NCBI GenBank assembly: GCA_016187205.1
Contig: JACPKE010000004.1
Span: 1-37,926, forward strand
Length of the DNA: 37,926 nucleotides
Source of the DNA: Candidatus Brennerbacteria bacterium
Lineage (GTDB): Bacteria; Patescibacteriota; Minisyncoccia; UBA6257; JACPKE01
Reading direction: 5' to 3'
Shown here piece after piece: positions 7,716-16,273 of the stretch; the first letter of the stretch is position 1; each line of letters starts with the position of its first letter. The notes below the pieces were generated by a model, which worked only from the letters and a program-made list of their open reading frames with translations, was not told where the DNA came from and searched no databases. The translations under genes were made by a program, and so were the position numbers.

Positions 7716-9794
7716 ATGAAATTTTCTTACACTTTAATAAAAAAAATAGTTCCAGGGCTTAAAAATAAAAACCAGCTTATTGAAGCGTTAAATGAACATT
7801 CTTTTGAAGTTGTTGACGCGGAAGGCGATTCCTTTGATGTTTCGGTTCCGCCCAACCGGTTTTCCGATGCGGCTTCGCATTGGGGAATAGCGCGGGAAAT
7901 TTCCGCGATTTTAAATTTGAAATTAAATATTAAGGAAGTGGGACTTCCTAATATTAGGAAGTCCCACTTCCTAAGAGTTGAGATTAAAGAAAAAAAGCTT
8001 TGCCGGCGTTATATCGCCGAATATTTTACCAACGTTAAAATTAAGCCGTCTCCTGTCTGGATGCAGAAAATTTTAAAAGACTGCGGTTTGCGGCCGATTA
8101 ATAATGTTGTTGATATTATGAATTACGTTATGCTGGAAACCGGACAGCCGTTACACGCTTTCGATTTTGATAAAATCGAAAGCGTTAAAATCAAAAATCA
8201 AAAATCAAAAATCAAAAATATTATAATTCGCACGGCAAAACACAGCGAGGAAATTAAAACATTAGATAATCAGCAATTTATTCTTAATGCCGATGTTCTG
8301 GTTATAGCCGATTCCAAATTTCCGTTAGCGATTGCCGGCGTAAAAGGCGGTAAAAAAGCCGAGGTGGATGCCAAAACTAAAAATATCATTGTTGAAGCCG
8401 CGAATTTTGACGGTCCGAATATTTACAGAACATCAAAATTTTTAAATTTAAAAACAGACGCTTCTTTAAGATTTTCTCATAGTTTAAGTCCGTTCTTAGC
8501 CGGTTTGGGATTGGCAAGGGCGGGAGAACTGCTTATAAAAGAAGGCGCTCGGCCGCAGGCTTATTACGATTCCCATCCGGACGGACATTTGAAAAAACTT
8601 ATTGAATTTAATATTGAAAAATTCAATCATTTAATCGGCGTTAATTTAAGTATTGGGCAGGCGGAGGATTATTTAAAGCGGCTCGGTTTTTTAACGGCTA
8701 AAAACTATAACCTAAAAACTAAAAGTTCATTCTTAGTTGAAGTTCCGCAATTTCGGGCGGATATAGAAAATTCTGAAGATTTGGCAGAGGAAATCAGCAG
8801 GCTTTACGGATATAATAAAATTAAATCTTTGCCTCCCGAGGTGCCGCTTAAAATAGCCAAAACTGATGATATTATTGTTTTTAAAGACCAATTGCGGAAA
8901 ATTTTAACCGGATTTGGCGCTAGTGAAGTTTATAATTATTCTTTTGTTTCAGCGACTGACTCAAGGCTTGGTTTTGATGGTGGTAAACCGGTTGAGCTTT
9001 TAAATCCGATTAGCCCGGCGTTCCAATTTTTGCGTCCGAATTTAGCCATTGGTTTGTTAAAAAATATCAAGGAAAATTTCCGTTTTTTTGAAGAGGCAAG
9101 GATTTTTGAAATAGGGAAAGTTTTTAACAAACGCGATGTAAAACTGCGAATGCGTCCGAATCAACGAATAAATTCAAATGATACTAATATAGAAGGCTGG
9201 CTTGCCAGCCGAAGCATTAGCGAAGGCTGGCGGCTGGGAATCGCGATTGGTTCTAAAAACAAGGAAATTATTTTTGAACTTAAAGGTTTAGTTTCCGAGT
9301 TGCTGAAAAAATCTGGACTGGTTGAATTTTTTATGCGTGATGGCGGCAAAAAATCAGATTTTTTACAAGCTGACGGGGCGTTAATGATTGAATCTGATAA
9401 TTCAATTATCGGATATCTTGGCAAGGCCGGTGATTTTACCAGCGTTTGCGAGATTGATTTGGAGAAATTGCTAAATCTTGTGGAAGGCGAATTGGAATTC
9501 CGGCCATTACCAAAGTATCCGTCTGTAATGCGAGATATTTCAATCCTTGTCAGCCGCGACATAAGAATCGGGGAAATTTTGGAAGCTATGAATTCGCCGG
9601 AAATTCAATATGTTGACGATGTTGATTTGATTGATGAATATTTTAGCGATAAGCTTGGCGGCAACCGCCAGAGCCTGACTTTTCGCGTTGTTTTTCGTTC
9701 GGAAGAAAAAACCCTTGAGGACAGGGAAGTTGATAAAGAATTGGTTAAAATAGTCAATATTTTGAAAGAAAAATTTATGGCTGAAATACGTTGA
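7716..9794 (+). CDS. pheT: Phenylalanine--tRNA ligase beta subunit (short form lacking the N-terminal tRNA-binding domain)
   Basis: B3/4-type region (RYIAEYF..VKIKPSPVWMQKIL..CGLRPINNVVDIMNYVMLETGQPLHAFD), B5-like region, and a C-terminal FDX-ACB-like end (YPSVMRDISILV...QSLTFRVVFRS..KTL). Position directly after pheS supports the call. Confidence 0.9.
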   Translation: MKFSYTLIKKIVPGLKNKNQLIEALNEHSFEVVDAEGDSFDVSVPPNRFSDAASHWGIAREISAILNLKLNIKEVGLPNIRKSHFLRVEIKEKKLCRRYIAEYFTNVKIKPSPVWMQKILKDCGLRPINNVVDIMNYVMLETGQPLHAFDFDKIESVKIKNQKSKIKNIIIRTAKHSEEIKTLDNQQFILNADVLVIADSKFPLAIAGVKGGKKAEVDAKTKNIIVEAANFDGPNIYRTSKFLNLKTDASLRFSHSLSPFLAGLGLARAGELLIKEGARPQAYYDSHPDGHLKKLIEFNIEKFNHLIGVNLSIGQAEDYLKRLGFLTAKNYNLKTKSSFLVEVPQFRADIENSEDLAEEISRLYGYNKIKSLPPEVPLKIAKTDDIIVFKDQLRKILTGFGASEVYNYSFVSATDSRLGFDGGKPVELLNPISPAFQFLRPNLAIGLLKNIKENFRFFEEARIFEIGKVFNKRDVKLRMRPNQRINSNDTNIEGWLASRSISEGWRLGIAIGSKNKEIIFELKGLVSELLKKSGLVEFFMRDGGKKSDFLQADGALMIESDNSIIGYLGKAGDFTSVCEIDLEKLLNLVEGELEFRPLPKYPSVMRDISILVSRDIRIGEILEAMNSPEIQYVDDVDLIDEYFSDKLGGNRQSLTFRVVFRSEEKTLEDREVDKELVKIVNILKEKFMAEIR
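7933..7972 (+). repeat. 40-bp perfect palindrome in pheT made of two inverted GGAAGT-GGG/CCC-ACTTCC hairpins
   Basis: AGGAAGTGGGACTTCCTAAT|ATTAGGAAGTCCCACTTCCT. It encodes ..EVGLPNIRKSHFL.. and shares its 13-nt core with murD 4226-4258. Confidence 0.85.
8187..8220 (+). repeat. 7-bp microsatellite (AAAAATC, about 4.9 units) inside the pheT coding sequence
   Basis: AAAATC AAAAATC AAAAATC AAAAATC AAAAATA, encoding KIKNQKSKIKNI. Confidence 0.9.
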
Positions 9795-9865
9795 CGTTTT
9801 AAAAAACTTAAGGTATTATTTTTTCCAGTAATTTGAATTTAATTTAATAAGGAAAGGAGAATGAA

Positions 9866-10702
9866 TTGTACAATGAAAAATATAAGATTTGCGAAGGCAA
9901 GTCTAAAATTATCTGGCAAGATCCTAATGATTCAAGTCAGGTTTTAATTCAAAATAAGTCTGTTATTACGGCCGGCGACGGAAAAAAACGGGATTTCTTG
10001 CCAAACAAGGACGAGATGGCGACTGAAACTACTTGTAATGTATTTCATTTTTTACATACCCATGGAGTAGCTACCCATTACCTGAAGCGTGCAAACAGCA
10101 TAACTTTTTTGGCCAAGAAAGTTTCAATGATTCCAATTGAAGTAGTTATCAGAAAGATAGCTTTTGGTTCTTATCTTAAACGGCATCCCGAGGTTCCCGA
10201 AGGCGCTTTGTTTTCTCCGTTAGTGACAGAATTCTTTTTAAAAGACGATGAGAACCATGATCCGTTGATGATATGGGAGGAAAATGAAAATAAATTTATA
10301 CTTTGCAATTCCCAAGAACCATTGGGGGATGGATGGATTCGTCTTTTTGATCCGTCATTATTAGTTAACGGTTCGCTTATTCCTAAAAATACTCTAGAAA
10401 TTCAGAATATCCGCAAGCTGGCAGTGGAAGTTTTTTGGCTGCTGGAAAAAGTTTGGGCTGATTTGCAGGTTCAGTTGGTTGATTTAAAAATTGAAATGGG
10501 GTTTGATTCAGAAACCGGAAATTTATTGGTTGCTGATGTTATAGACAATGATTCTTGGAGAATTTGGCCCCAAAGCGATAAGTTTCAGATGAAAGATAAA
10601 CAGGTTTATCGTGATTTTAAAGAAATTACGCCGGAAGCAATAAAAGCTATTCAAGAAAATTATAAATGGGTTTCTGAAATAACATTTCGATTTAAGTATT
10701 AA
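9866..10702 (+). CDS. purC: Phosphoribosylaminoimidazole-succinocarboxamide (SAICAR) synthase
   Basis: Block-by-block match to E. coli PurC as I recall it: EGKSKIIW, ITAGDGKKRDFLPNKDEM, MIPIEVVIRKIAFGSYLKR, FFLKDDENHDPLM, LVDLKIEMGF, DNDSWRIW and MKDKQVYR. TTG start 5 nt after GGAAAGGAGA. Confidence 0.85.
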   Translation: MYNEKYKICEGKSKIIWQDPNDSSQVLIQNKSVITAGDGKKRDFLPNKDEMATETTCNVFHFLHTHGVATHYLKRANSITFLAKKVSMIPIEVVIRKIAFGSYLKRHPEVPEGALFSPLVTEFFLKDDENHDPLMIWEENENKFILCNSQEPLGDGWIRLFDPSLLVNGSLIPKNTLEIQNIRKLAVEVFWLLEKVWADLQVQLVDLKIEMGFDSETGNLLVADVIDNDSWRIWPQSDKFQMKDKQVYRDFKEITPEAIKAIQENYKWVSEITFRFKY

Positions 10703-10957
10703 TTTAAAAATATAATAATTATAGAAAGGCGGTGATGATGTATGATAATTGCTATAATTGGGATTATTTTTGCATTCATATTTTGTGTAAAGAGATAACC
10801 ATTTTGATTTTTGGACCCTAAAAATAATCGCAGATTAAGATAGTTTGTGATAAAAAATTGTTAAATTGAGCCGGTTTTTCTTCAGAGAATCCGGCTTTTA
10901 CTTTTGAATAAATAATGTTAATATATTAAGTACCCGAGCAGGGTATTTTTATTAAAA

Positions 10958-12937
10958 ATGCCGAAAAAACCAGTTAAAAAAGAAGAAAAAAAGCCAGTAA
11001 TTCCGGCGGAAAAATCCGAAAAACAGCCGTCTTACACCGCTAAAGACATTTATGTTTTGGAAGGTTTGGAGCCGGTTCGCAAGCGTCCCGGTATGTATAT
11101 TGGTTCAACCGGAGTTGACGGTTTGCATCATTTGATTTGGGAAGTTGTTGATAACAGCATTGACGAGGCAATGGCCGGATACGCCAAAAATATCCGCGTT
11201 GAGCTTTTATCCGCCTCCGGTGGAAAGAATTACCACGTGGCTGTTAGCGACGACGGCCGCGGCATTCCGGTTGAAATTCACGCTCAAACAAAAAAATCCG
11301 CCTTGGAAACGGTAATGACAACGCTTCATGCCGGCGGTAAGTTTGGCGGGGAGTCATATAAAGTTTCAGGGGGCCTGCATGGCGTCGGAGTTTCGGTTGT
11401 CAATGCTCTATCAAAATGGCTGCGCGTTGAAGTGTGCCGCGACGGACAATTGTATTCCCAGGAATACGAAACAGGAAATCCGAAATATAAAGTAAAAAAG
11501 GAAAATAAATGCCAGAAAACCGGCACTAAAGTTATTTTTGAGCCGGACCCGAAAATTTTCAGCAAAATTGAATTTGACCTTAAAAGAATTCTTGACCATC
11601 TTCGCCAGCAAGCGTATCTCACCAAGGGCATCAGGATTGAATTTATTGACGAGAGAACCAGTCAGCCGTTTTATTATTCTTTTTATTTTGAAGGCGGTCT
11701 TTTATCGTTTATAAAATATCTTCAGGCCGGCCGCCAGATAATCCATGACAATATTTTTTACGTTCATAAAAATTACGAAAATATAGAAGTGGAAGCGGTC
11801 GCGGTTTATAAGGAAGATTTGGAAATGCAGGAAATGACTTTTGCTAATAATATTTACACTCCTGACGGCGGTATGCATTTGACGGGTTTTCGTTCCGCCA
11901 TCACCAGAAGTTTGAATGATTATGCCTGGAAAGAAGGCTATTTAAAGCAAAAAGACGAGAATTTGACCGGCGATGACGTGCGGGAAGGGCTGACTGTCAT
12001 AGTTTCCGTGAAAATAAGGGAACCGCAGTTTGAAGGCCAGACAAAAGCGCGGCTTGGCAATCCGGAAGCGCGGACTGCCGTTGAATCCGTTGTTAGCGAG
12101 GCTTTAAAAGAATTTTTGGAAAAGCATCCGGCTGACGCCAGAAAAATAATTGAAAAATGTCTGCTGGCGGCCAAAGCCCGAAAAGCCGCTAAAGCCGCCA
12201 AGGACACGGTATTGCGCAAAGGCGCTTTGGAAGGCATGACTTTGCCGGGAAAACTTGCCGATTGTTCTTCGCGCGATCCCGAAGAATCGGAACTTTTTAT
12301 AGTGGAAGGCGACAGTGCCGGCGGAAGCGCCAAGCAAGGACGGGACCGGCGCACTCAGGCAATTCTGCCGCTTAAAGGGAAAATTTTGAATGTTGAAAAA
12401 GCGCGTATTGACAAGATGTTATTAAACAAGGAAATTCGGGCCTTGGTGGTGGCTCTTGGCACCGCCATTGCCGACGAGTTTGATATTGAAGGGCTTAGGT
12501 ACCACAAAATTATTTTAATGACCGACGCCGATGTTGACGGTTCGCATATCCGCACTTTGCTGTTAACTCTTTTTTACCGGTATTTTCCCAAAATTATAGA
12601 AAACGGCAATCTTTATATCGCTCAACCGCCGCTTTACAGAGTGCAAAAAGGCAAGGAAATTATTTACGCTTATTCCGATAATGAAAAAGAAAAAATTCTG
12701 AAAAAGTTTGATTCTGACGGCGCGAACATCCAACGTTATAAAGGCTTGGGCGAAATGAATCCGGATCAGTTGAGTGATACTACGATGAATCGTGAAACGC
12801 GGATATTAAAAAAAGTGGAAGTTGGCAATGCCGCCGAAGCGGACAGGCTTTTTGATGTTTTGATGGGGGAAAACGTTGAACCGAGGAAAAACTTCATCCA
12901 ATCCAGGGCCGAAGCGGTTAAAAATCTTGATGTTTAA
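10958..12937 (+). CDS. gyrB: DNA gyrase subunit B
   Basis: LEGLEPVRKRPGMYIGS, HHLIWEVVDNSIDEA, DDGRGIP, GGLHGVG, the Toprim motifs EGDSAGGSAKQGRDR and PLKGKILNVE, IILMTDADVDGSHI, and a C-terminal QRYKGLGEMNP. Confidence 0.97.
   Translation: MPKKPVKKEEKKPVIPAEKSEKQPSYTAKDIYVLEGLEPVRKRPGMYIGSTGVDGLHHLIWEVVDNSIDEAMAGYAKNIRVELLSASGGKNYHVAVSDDGRGIPVEIHAQTKKSALETVMTTLHAGGKFGGESYKVSGGLHGVGVSVVNALSKWLRVEVCRDGQLYSQEYETGNPKYKVKKENKCQKTGTKVIFEPDPKIFSKIEFDLKRILDHLRQQAYLTKGIRIEFIDERTSQPFYYSFYFEGGLLSFIKYLQAGRQIIHDNIFYVHKNYENIEVEAVAVYKEDLEMQEMTFANNIYTPDGGMHLTGFRSAITRSLNDYAWKEGYLKQKDENLTGDDVREGLTVIVSVKIREPQFEGQTKARLGNPEARTAVESVVSEALKEFLEKHPADARKIIEKCLLAAKARKAAKAAKDTVLRKGALEGMTLPGKLADCSSRDPEESELFIVEGDSAGGSAKQGRDRRTQAILPLKGKILNVEKARIDKMLLNKEIRALVVALGTAIADEFDIEGLRYHKIILMTDADVDGSHIRTLLLTLFYRYFPKIIENGNLYIAQPPLYRVQKGKEIIYAYSDNEKEKILKKFDSDGANIQRYKGLGEMNPDQLSDTTMNRETRILKKVEVGNAAEADRLFDVLMGENVEPRKNFIQSRAEAVKNLDV
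11210..11233 (+). repeat. Single-hairpin relative of the 30-bp element, in-frame in gyrB (SASGGKNY)
   Basis: TCCGCC-TCC-GGTGGA (6-bp stem with one G-T pair), followed by AAGAATTAC. Homologues that I recall (E. coli, B. subtilis GyrB) are shorter just before the DDGRGIP motif. Confidence 0.6.
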
Positions 12938-12951
12938 GGCAGGGCAGAGGG

Positions 12952-12980
12952 TTGACCGTTTTTCATTTTTGAGATTTAAT
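12952..12980 (+). promoter_or_regulatory. Candidate sigma70-type promoter for secE-nusG-rplK
   Basis: TTGACC, 17-nt spacer, TTTAAT, ending 10 nt upstream of the secE ATG. This would give a nearly leaderless mRNA. Confidence 0.3.
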
Positions 12981-12990
12981 AACAATTACT

Positions 12991-13179
12991 ATGTTTAATA
13001 AATTAACAATGTTTTTGCAGGAATCCAGGCGTGAACTTCAGCGCGTTAATTGGCCGAGCAGGGAGGAAACTATCCGTTATACCGCGGTGGTCATCGGTCT
13101 TTCGTTGGTGTTTGCTTTTTATCTTGGCGGCCTGGATTTTGTTTTTACTTATTTAATCAGAACCTTTCTTGTTAATTAA
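12991..13179 (+). CDS. secE: Preprotein translocase subunit SecE
   Basis: 62 aa, with ESRRELQRVNWPSREE followed by a single TM helix. Sits immediately upstream of nusG, the conserved order. Confidence 0.9.
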   Translation: MFNKLTMFLQESRRELQRVNWPSREETIRYTAVVIGLSLVFAFYLGGLDFVFTYLIRTFLVN

Positions 13180-13734
13180 ATGATACAATCTTCAACAACC
13201 GAAAAAAAACAGCGCGCTTGGTACGCGCTTCACACTTATTCCGGCTATGAGGACGCAGTGGAGCGTTATTTGAAGCAGCGCGTTGATTCTTTGGAAATGA
13301 ATGATAAAATTTTTAATGTTATAGTTCCTAAAGAAAAAAAAATCAAGGTAAAAAATGGCAAGAGGCAGATGATTGAAGAAAAAATTTATCCGGGTTATGT
13401 TTTGGTGGAGATGATTTTAACCGAAGATTCATGGTATGTTGTAAGAAATACGCCAAGAGTTACCGGTTTTGTCGGGCCCGACAGCACCAGCCCTACTCCG
13501 CTTTCAAAAGACGAGGTTGATGTTTTGCTTGGCCGGATGAAAGCCGAAGAGCCGAAATTTAAAGTTGAACTTCAGGTCGGCGAAGCGGTTAAGATAATAG
13601 ACGGCCCGTTTAAGGATTATGACGCTAAAGTGCTGGAAGTTAATGAAGAAAAAGGCAAGGTCAAGGTTTCCGTTCCGATTTTCGGACGGGATACTACGGT
13701 TGAGATTGATTCTTTGCAGGTTAAAAAAATCTGA
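13180..13734 (+). CDS. nusG: Transcription termination/antitermination factor NusG
   Basis: WYALHTYSGYEDAV NGN start, YPGYVLVEM, and a C-terminal KOW (GEAVKIIDGPFKDYDAKVLEV..KVKVSVPIFGRDT.VEI). Confidence 0.95.
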   Translation: MIQSSTTEKKQRAWYALHTYSGYEDAVERYLKQRVDSLEMNDKIFNVIVPKEKKIKVKNGKRQMIEEKIYPGYVLVEMILTEDSWYVVRNTPRVTGFVGPDSTSPTPLSKDEVDVLLGRMKAEEPKFKVELQVGEAVKIIDGPFKDYDAKVLEVNEEKGKVKVSVPIFGRDTTVEIDSLQVKKI

Positions 13735-13812
13735 AATGCGACATGTAAAATGCGACAAGTGTAATGAAAAAAACGCGCTATTTCGTTTATTTTATTGAGT
13801 TCCAATAAATTA

Positions 13813-14238
13813 ATGGCTAAACTAATCAAAACAACTTTAAAATTGCAGATTGAAGCCGGGAAAGCCAATCCGGCGCCGCCGATTGGACCGGCTCTTGGCC
13901 AGCACGGCGTTAATATTCAGGATTTTTGCAAGCAGTTTAACGACGCCACCAAGGATATGACCGGGGATGTTGTTCCGGCGGAAATCACTATTTATCAGGA
14001 CAGGACTTTTGATTTTAAACTGAAAACTCCTCCGGCTTCGGCTTTGCTTAAAAAAGCCGCTGGCGTTGAAAAAGGATCCAAGGATATTTTAAAAAGCAAA
14101 GTCGGCAAGGTTTCCAGAGAAGATATCAGGAAAATAGCCGAACGCAAAATGATTGATTTGAATACCGATAATGTTGAAGAGGCGGAAAAAATAATTGCCG
14201 GCACCGCAAAATCAATGGGGATTGAGGTTATGGATTAA
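13813..14238 (+). CDS. rplK: 50S ribosomal protein L11
   Basis: [42 protein letters not shown] prefer the ATG at 13813 over the upstream TTG at 13795 given in the ORF track, because L11 proteins normally begin MAK. Confidence 0.93.
   Translation: MAKLIKTTLKLQIEAGKANPAPPIGPALGQHGVNIQDFCKQFNDATKDMTGDVVPAEITIYQDRTFDFKLKTPPASALLKKAAGVEKGSKDILKSKVGKVSREDIRKIAERKMIDLNTDNVEEAEKIIAGTAKSMGIEVMD
14125..14237 (+). repeat. 113-bp segment of the rplK 3' end, duplicated at 18851..18963 (1 mismatch)
   Basis: Direct comparison of the two stretches, ATCAGGAAAATAGCCGAACGCAAAATGATTGATTTG...GGGATTGAGGTTATGGATTA. The only difference is ATAATTGCC versus ATAATCGCC. Confidence 0.95.
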
Positions 14239-14374
14239 ATTTTAAGTTTATTATAATTTAAGAATTTGCGTTGTTTTTAAATAAAAAATTTCCATACCCG
14301 TTGCTTAATGATTTTTGACCAAAATAATGATAGAATAACGGTATGATGAATATTTTTTAAACAATCTATAAATT

Positions 14375-15091
14375 ATGACAGATCAAAAAGTTGTTGATTA
14401 TATAAAAACTTCCTTGGCGACTGGAAAACCGAAGGAGAGTATTTATAAGGAATTACTAAATAGCGGCTGGACGATTGAAGCAATTGAAAAAAATTTCCAA
14501 TCTCTCAATATTGAATCGGAGAAAGCTGACACGCAAAAGAGAACAATCAAGATTATTTTGACGATTGGCGCAATTCTTATTGGCGCCGGTATTTTTTCTT
14601 TTGTGGCGGCGAATTGGGAAGAAATATCTCGTGTTCTTAAGGTGTCAATACTTATAGCGACTATGTTGGGTTTTTATATTGCCGGCTGGCATTTGAAGGA
14701 AAAAGCCGGCCTTGTCAAAACTGGCGCGGCATTTATTCTTCTTGGAGCAATCACTTACGGAGCTAGTATCTTTCTTATCGCTCAAATGTTTAACATTCGC
14801 TCTAATTGGCCCGATGGTTTTATTATTTGGATGGCGGGGACGCTCCTTATGGCGTTTAGTGCCGATATTTTTTCTCTTTTTTATCTTTCTATAATTACGG
14901 GAATCATTGCAGTCGCGGGAACACCGTTTACGCTTTTTGCGCCTCTTTTTGGTTCAAGGTCGCTCTTTAGCACTAGCTCTCAATTTCTTATGACGCCTTC
15001 TTTATTGCTTCTCGCGGCGGCGGCAATCGCTTTCATAAGCGGCTGGCTGGTTCGAAAAAAAATTCCCGATGAATTAAAAGATTATTATTAA
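14375..15091 (+). CDS. DUF2157-like membrane protein
   Basis: Soluble N-terminal segment, then TM helices with the FSFVAANWEEISR motif that I associate with DUF2157. The gene neighbourhood includes a GDYXXLXY protein. Confidence 0.6.
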   Translation: MTDQKVVDYIKTSLATGKPKESIYKELLNSGWTIEAIEKNFQSLNIESEKADTQKRTIKIILTIGAILIGAGIFSFVAANWEEISRVLKVSILIATMLGFYIAGWHLKEKAGLVKTGAAFILLGAITYGASIFLIAQMFNIRSNWPDGFIIWMAGTLLMAFSADIFSLFYLSIITGIIAVAGTPFTLFAPLFGSRSLFSTSSQFLMTPSLLLLAAAAIAFISGWLVRKKIPDELKDYY

Positions 15092-15096
15092 AAAAT

Positions 15097-16269
15097 ATGA
15101 TTTTAGCAATTTTATTTTTTGTTTTTCTGCCGTTTACCGCTTTTGCTTCCCACAACACTTCTTTTTTTGGAATACCTTATTTAACTTATCTCATTTGGCC
15201 CATTCTTATTGTTGCAGTTATCATCGGCTTTGTAACTTGGCGGCAAAGAAAGCGGGGCAAAACTGTGGCGCTTGGAAAGAATTGGTATTTGCAATTGGCG
15301 CTTTCGCGGGAAGATTTAGTAAGTCAATTTTTGCTTTCTCTGGCCGTGCTGTTTTTCGGACTGGCTCTTATGTCGTTCAACCGCCAATTAGGAGATCCAT
15401 TTTCATGGAAAACGATTATTCTTATTACTTCGCTTGTTGGCGTAATAATTGCCTATTTTTTAAAAGCGATCTATCCCCTTATCCTTGGTTTGGTAGGGAT
15501 GGGAATTTGGTGGATTGGCAAAGATATAGAATGGATTCAAGCCGTCCATGTTAAGCCAGTCTTCATTCTGGCGAGCGTTATTTTTAAAATGCTTTTCCTC
15601 TATGTTATTGGTCGTTTGCATGAGCAAAAAATGCGCTGGAAACGTTTTGCGATGGTTTATTTTATTCTTAGTTTAGCGGTGATAACCGTTATTCTTTTTA
15701 GTTTTTCAACAAAAATCGGTCTTTCCGAGTTCCAATCGCTCTTTAAGGGAGAATCTCTTTTTGGTTCTTGGCAAATTAGTGTTTCTTTGTTTGTTTTTAT
15801 TGTTCTTTTTCTTGGGGCGCTTTTTTATGCGGTGACAAAAGGAGTAGTCGCGAAAAGCGAGGTTGCCGCTCTTATTGTATTAGCGAGCGTATTTACTGCT
15901 ATTATGTTTATTCCGGTGGGCGAGCTCTTTATCAAACCAACGACGGGATACTATTCTAGTTATAATAATCCTCTTTCCGGCGCAGGTATATTTTGGGCCG
16001 CTCTCTTCAATTTCCTTCTTGTTTTTGAACTTTTGGGGATTATTTTTCTGGGATATGGCCGACGGGAAGGCTGGCTGGTTAATCTCGGCGCTTTTGGTTT
16101 CTTTGCTTTTATTATGTTTAAGTATTTTGATTGGTTCTTTACTTTTCTTGATAAGAGTGTTTTTTTCATCGGCGCCGGCATCCTTCTTTTTGGTGTTGGC
16201 TGGCTTATGGAAAAAAGCCGCAGGAAAATGATTTTATCTATGAAGGGAGAAGTTTCTCCCGCTGAATAA
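15097..16269 (+). CDS. Multi-pass integral membrane protein (DUF4401-like by context)
   Basis: 390 aa, about 10 or more hydrophobic helices, 5 nt after the previous gene and 4 nt before the GDYXXLXY gene. The family assignment is by synteny only. Confidence 0.55.
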   Translation: MILAILFFVFLPFTAFASHNTSFFGIPYLTYLIWPILIVAVIIGFVTWRQRKRGKTVALGKNWYLQLALSREDLVSQFLLSLAVLFFGLALMSFNRQLGDPFSWKTIILITSLVGVIIAYFLKAIYPLILGLVGMGIWWIGKDIEWIQAVHVKPVFILASVIFKMLFLYVIGRLHEQKMRWKRFAMVYFILSLAVITVILFSFSTKIGLSEFQSLFKGESLFGSWQISVSLFVFIVLFLGALFYAVTKGVVAKSEVAALIVLASVFTAIMFIPVGELFIKPTTGYYSSYNNPLSGAGIFWAALFNFLLVFELLGIIFLGYGRREGWLVNLGAFGFFAFIMFKYFDWFFTFLDKSVFFIGAGILLFGVGWLMEKSRRKMILSMKGEVSPAE

Positions 16270-16273
16270 TTTT

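Noticed and set aside
11326-12555. Minus-strand ORFs inside gyrB (11326..11631, 11411..11611, 11938..12354, 12104..12337, 12355..12555)
   Set aside because: They are antisense to gyrB, and no independent coding evidence supports them.
13995-14204. 69-aa minus-strand ORF, with a near-identical twin at 18721..18930
   Set aside because: Both are antisense shadows of the duplicated rplK 3' segment. Their similarity simply reflects the DNA repeat.
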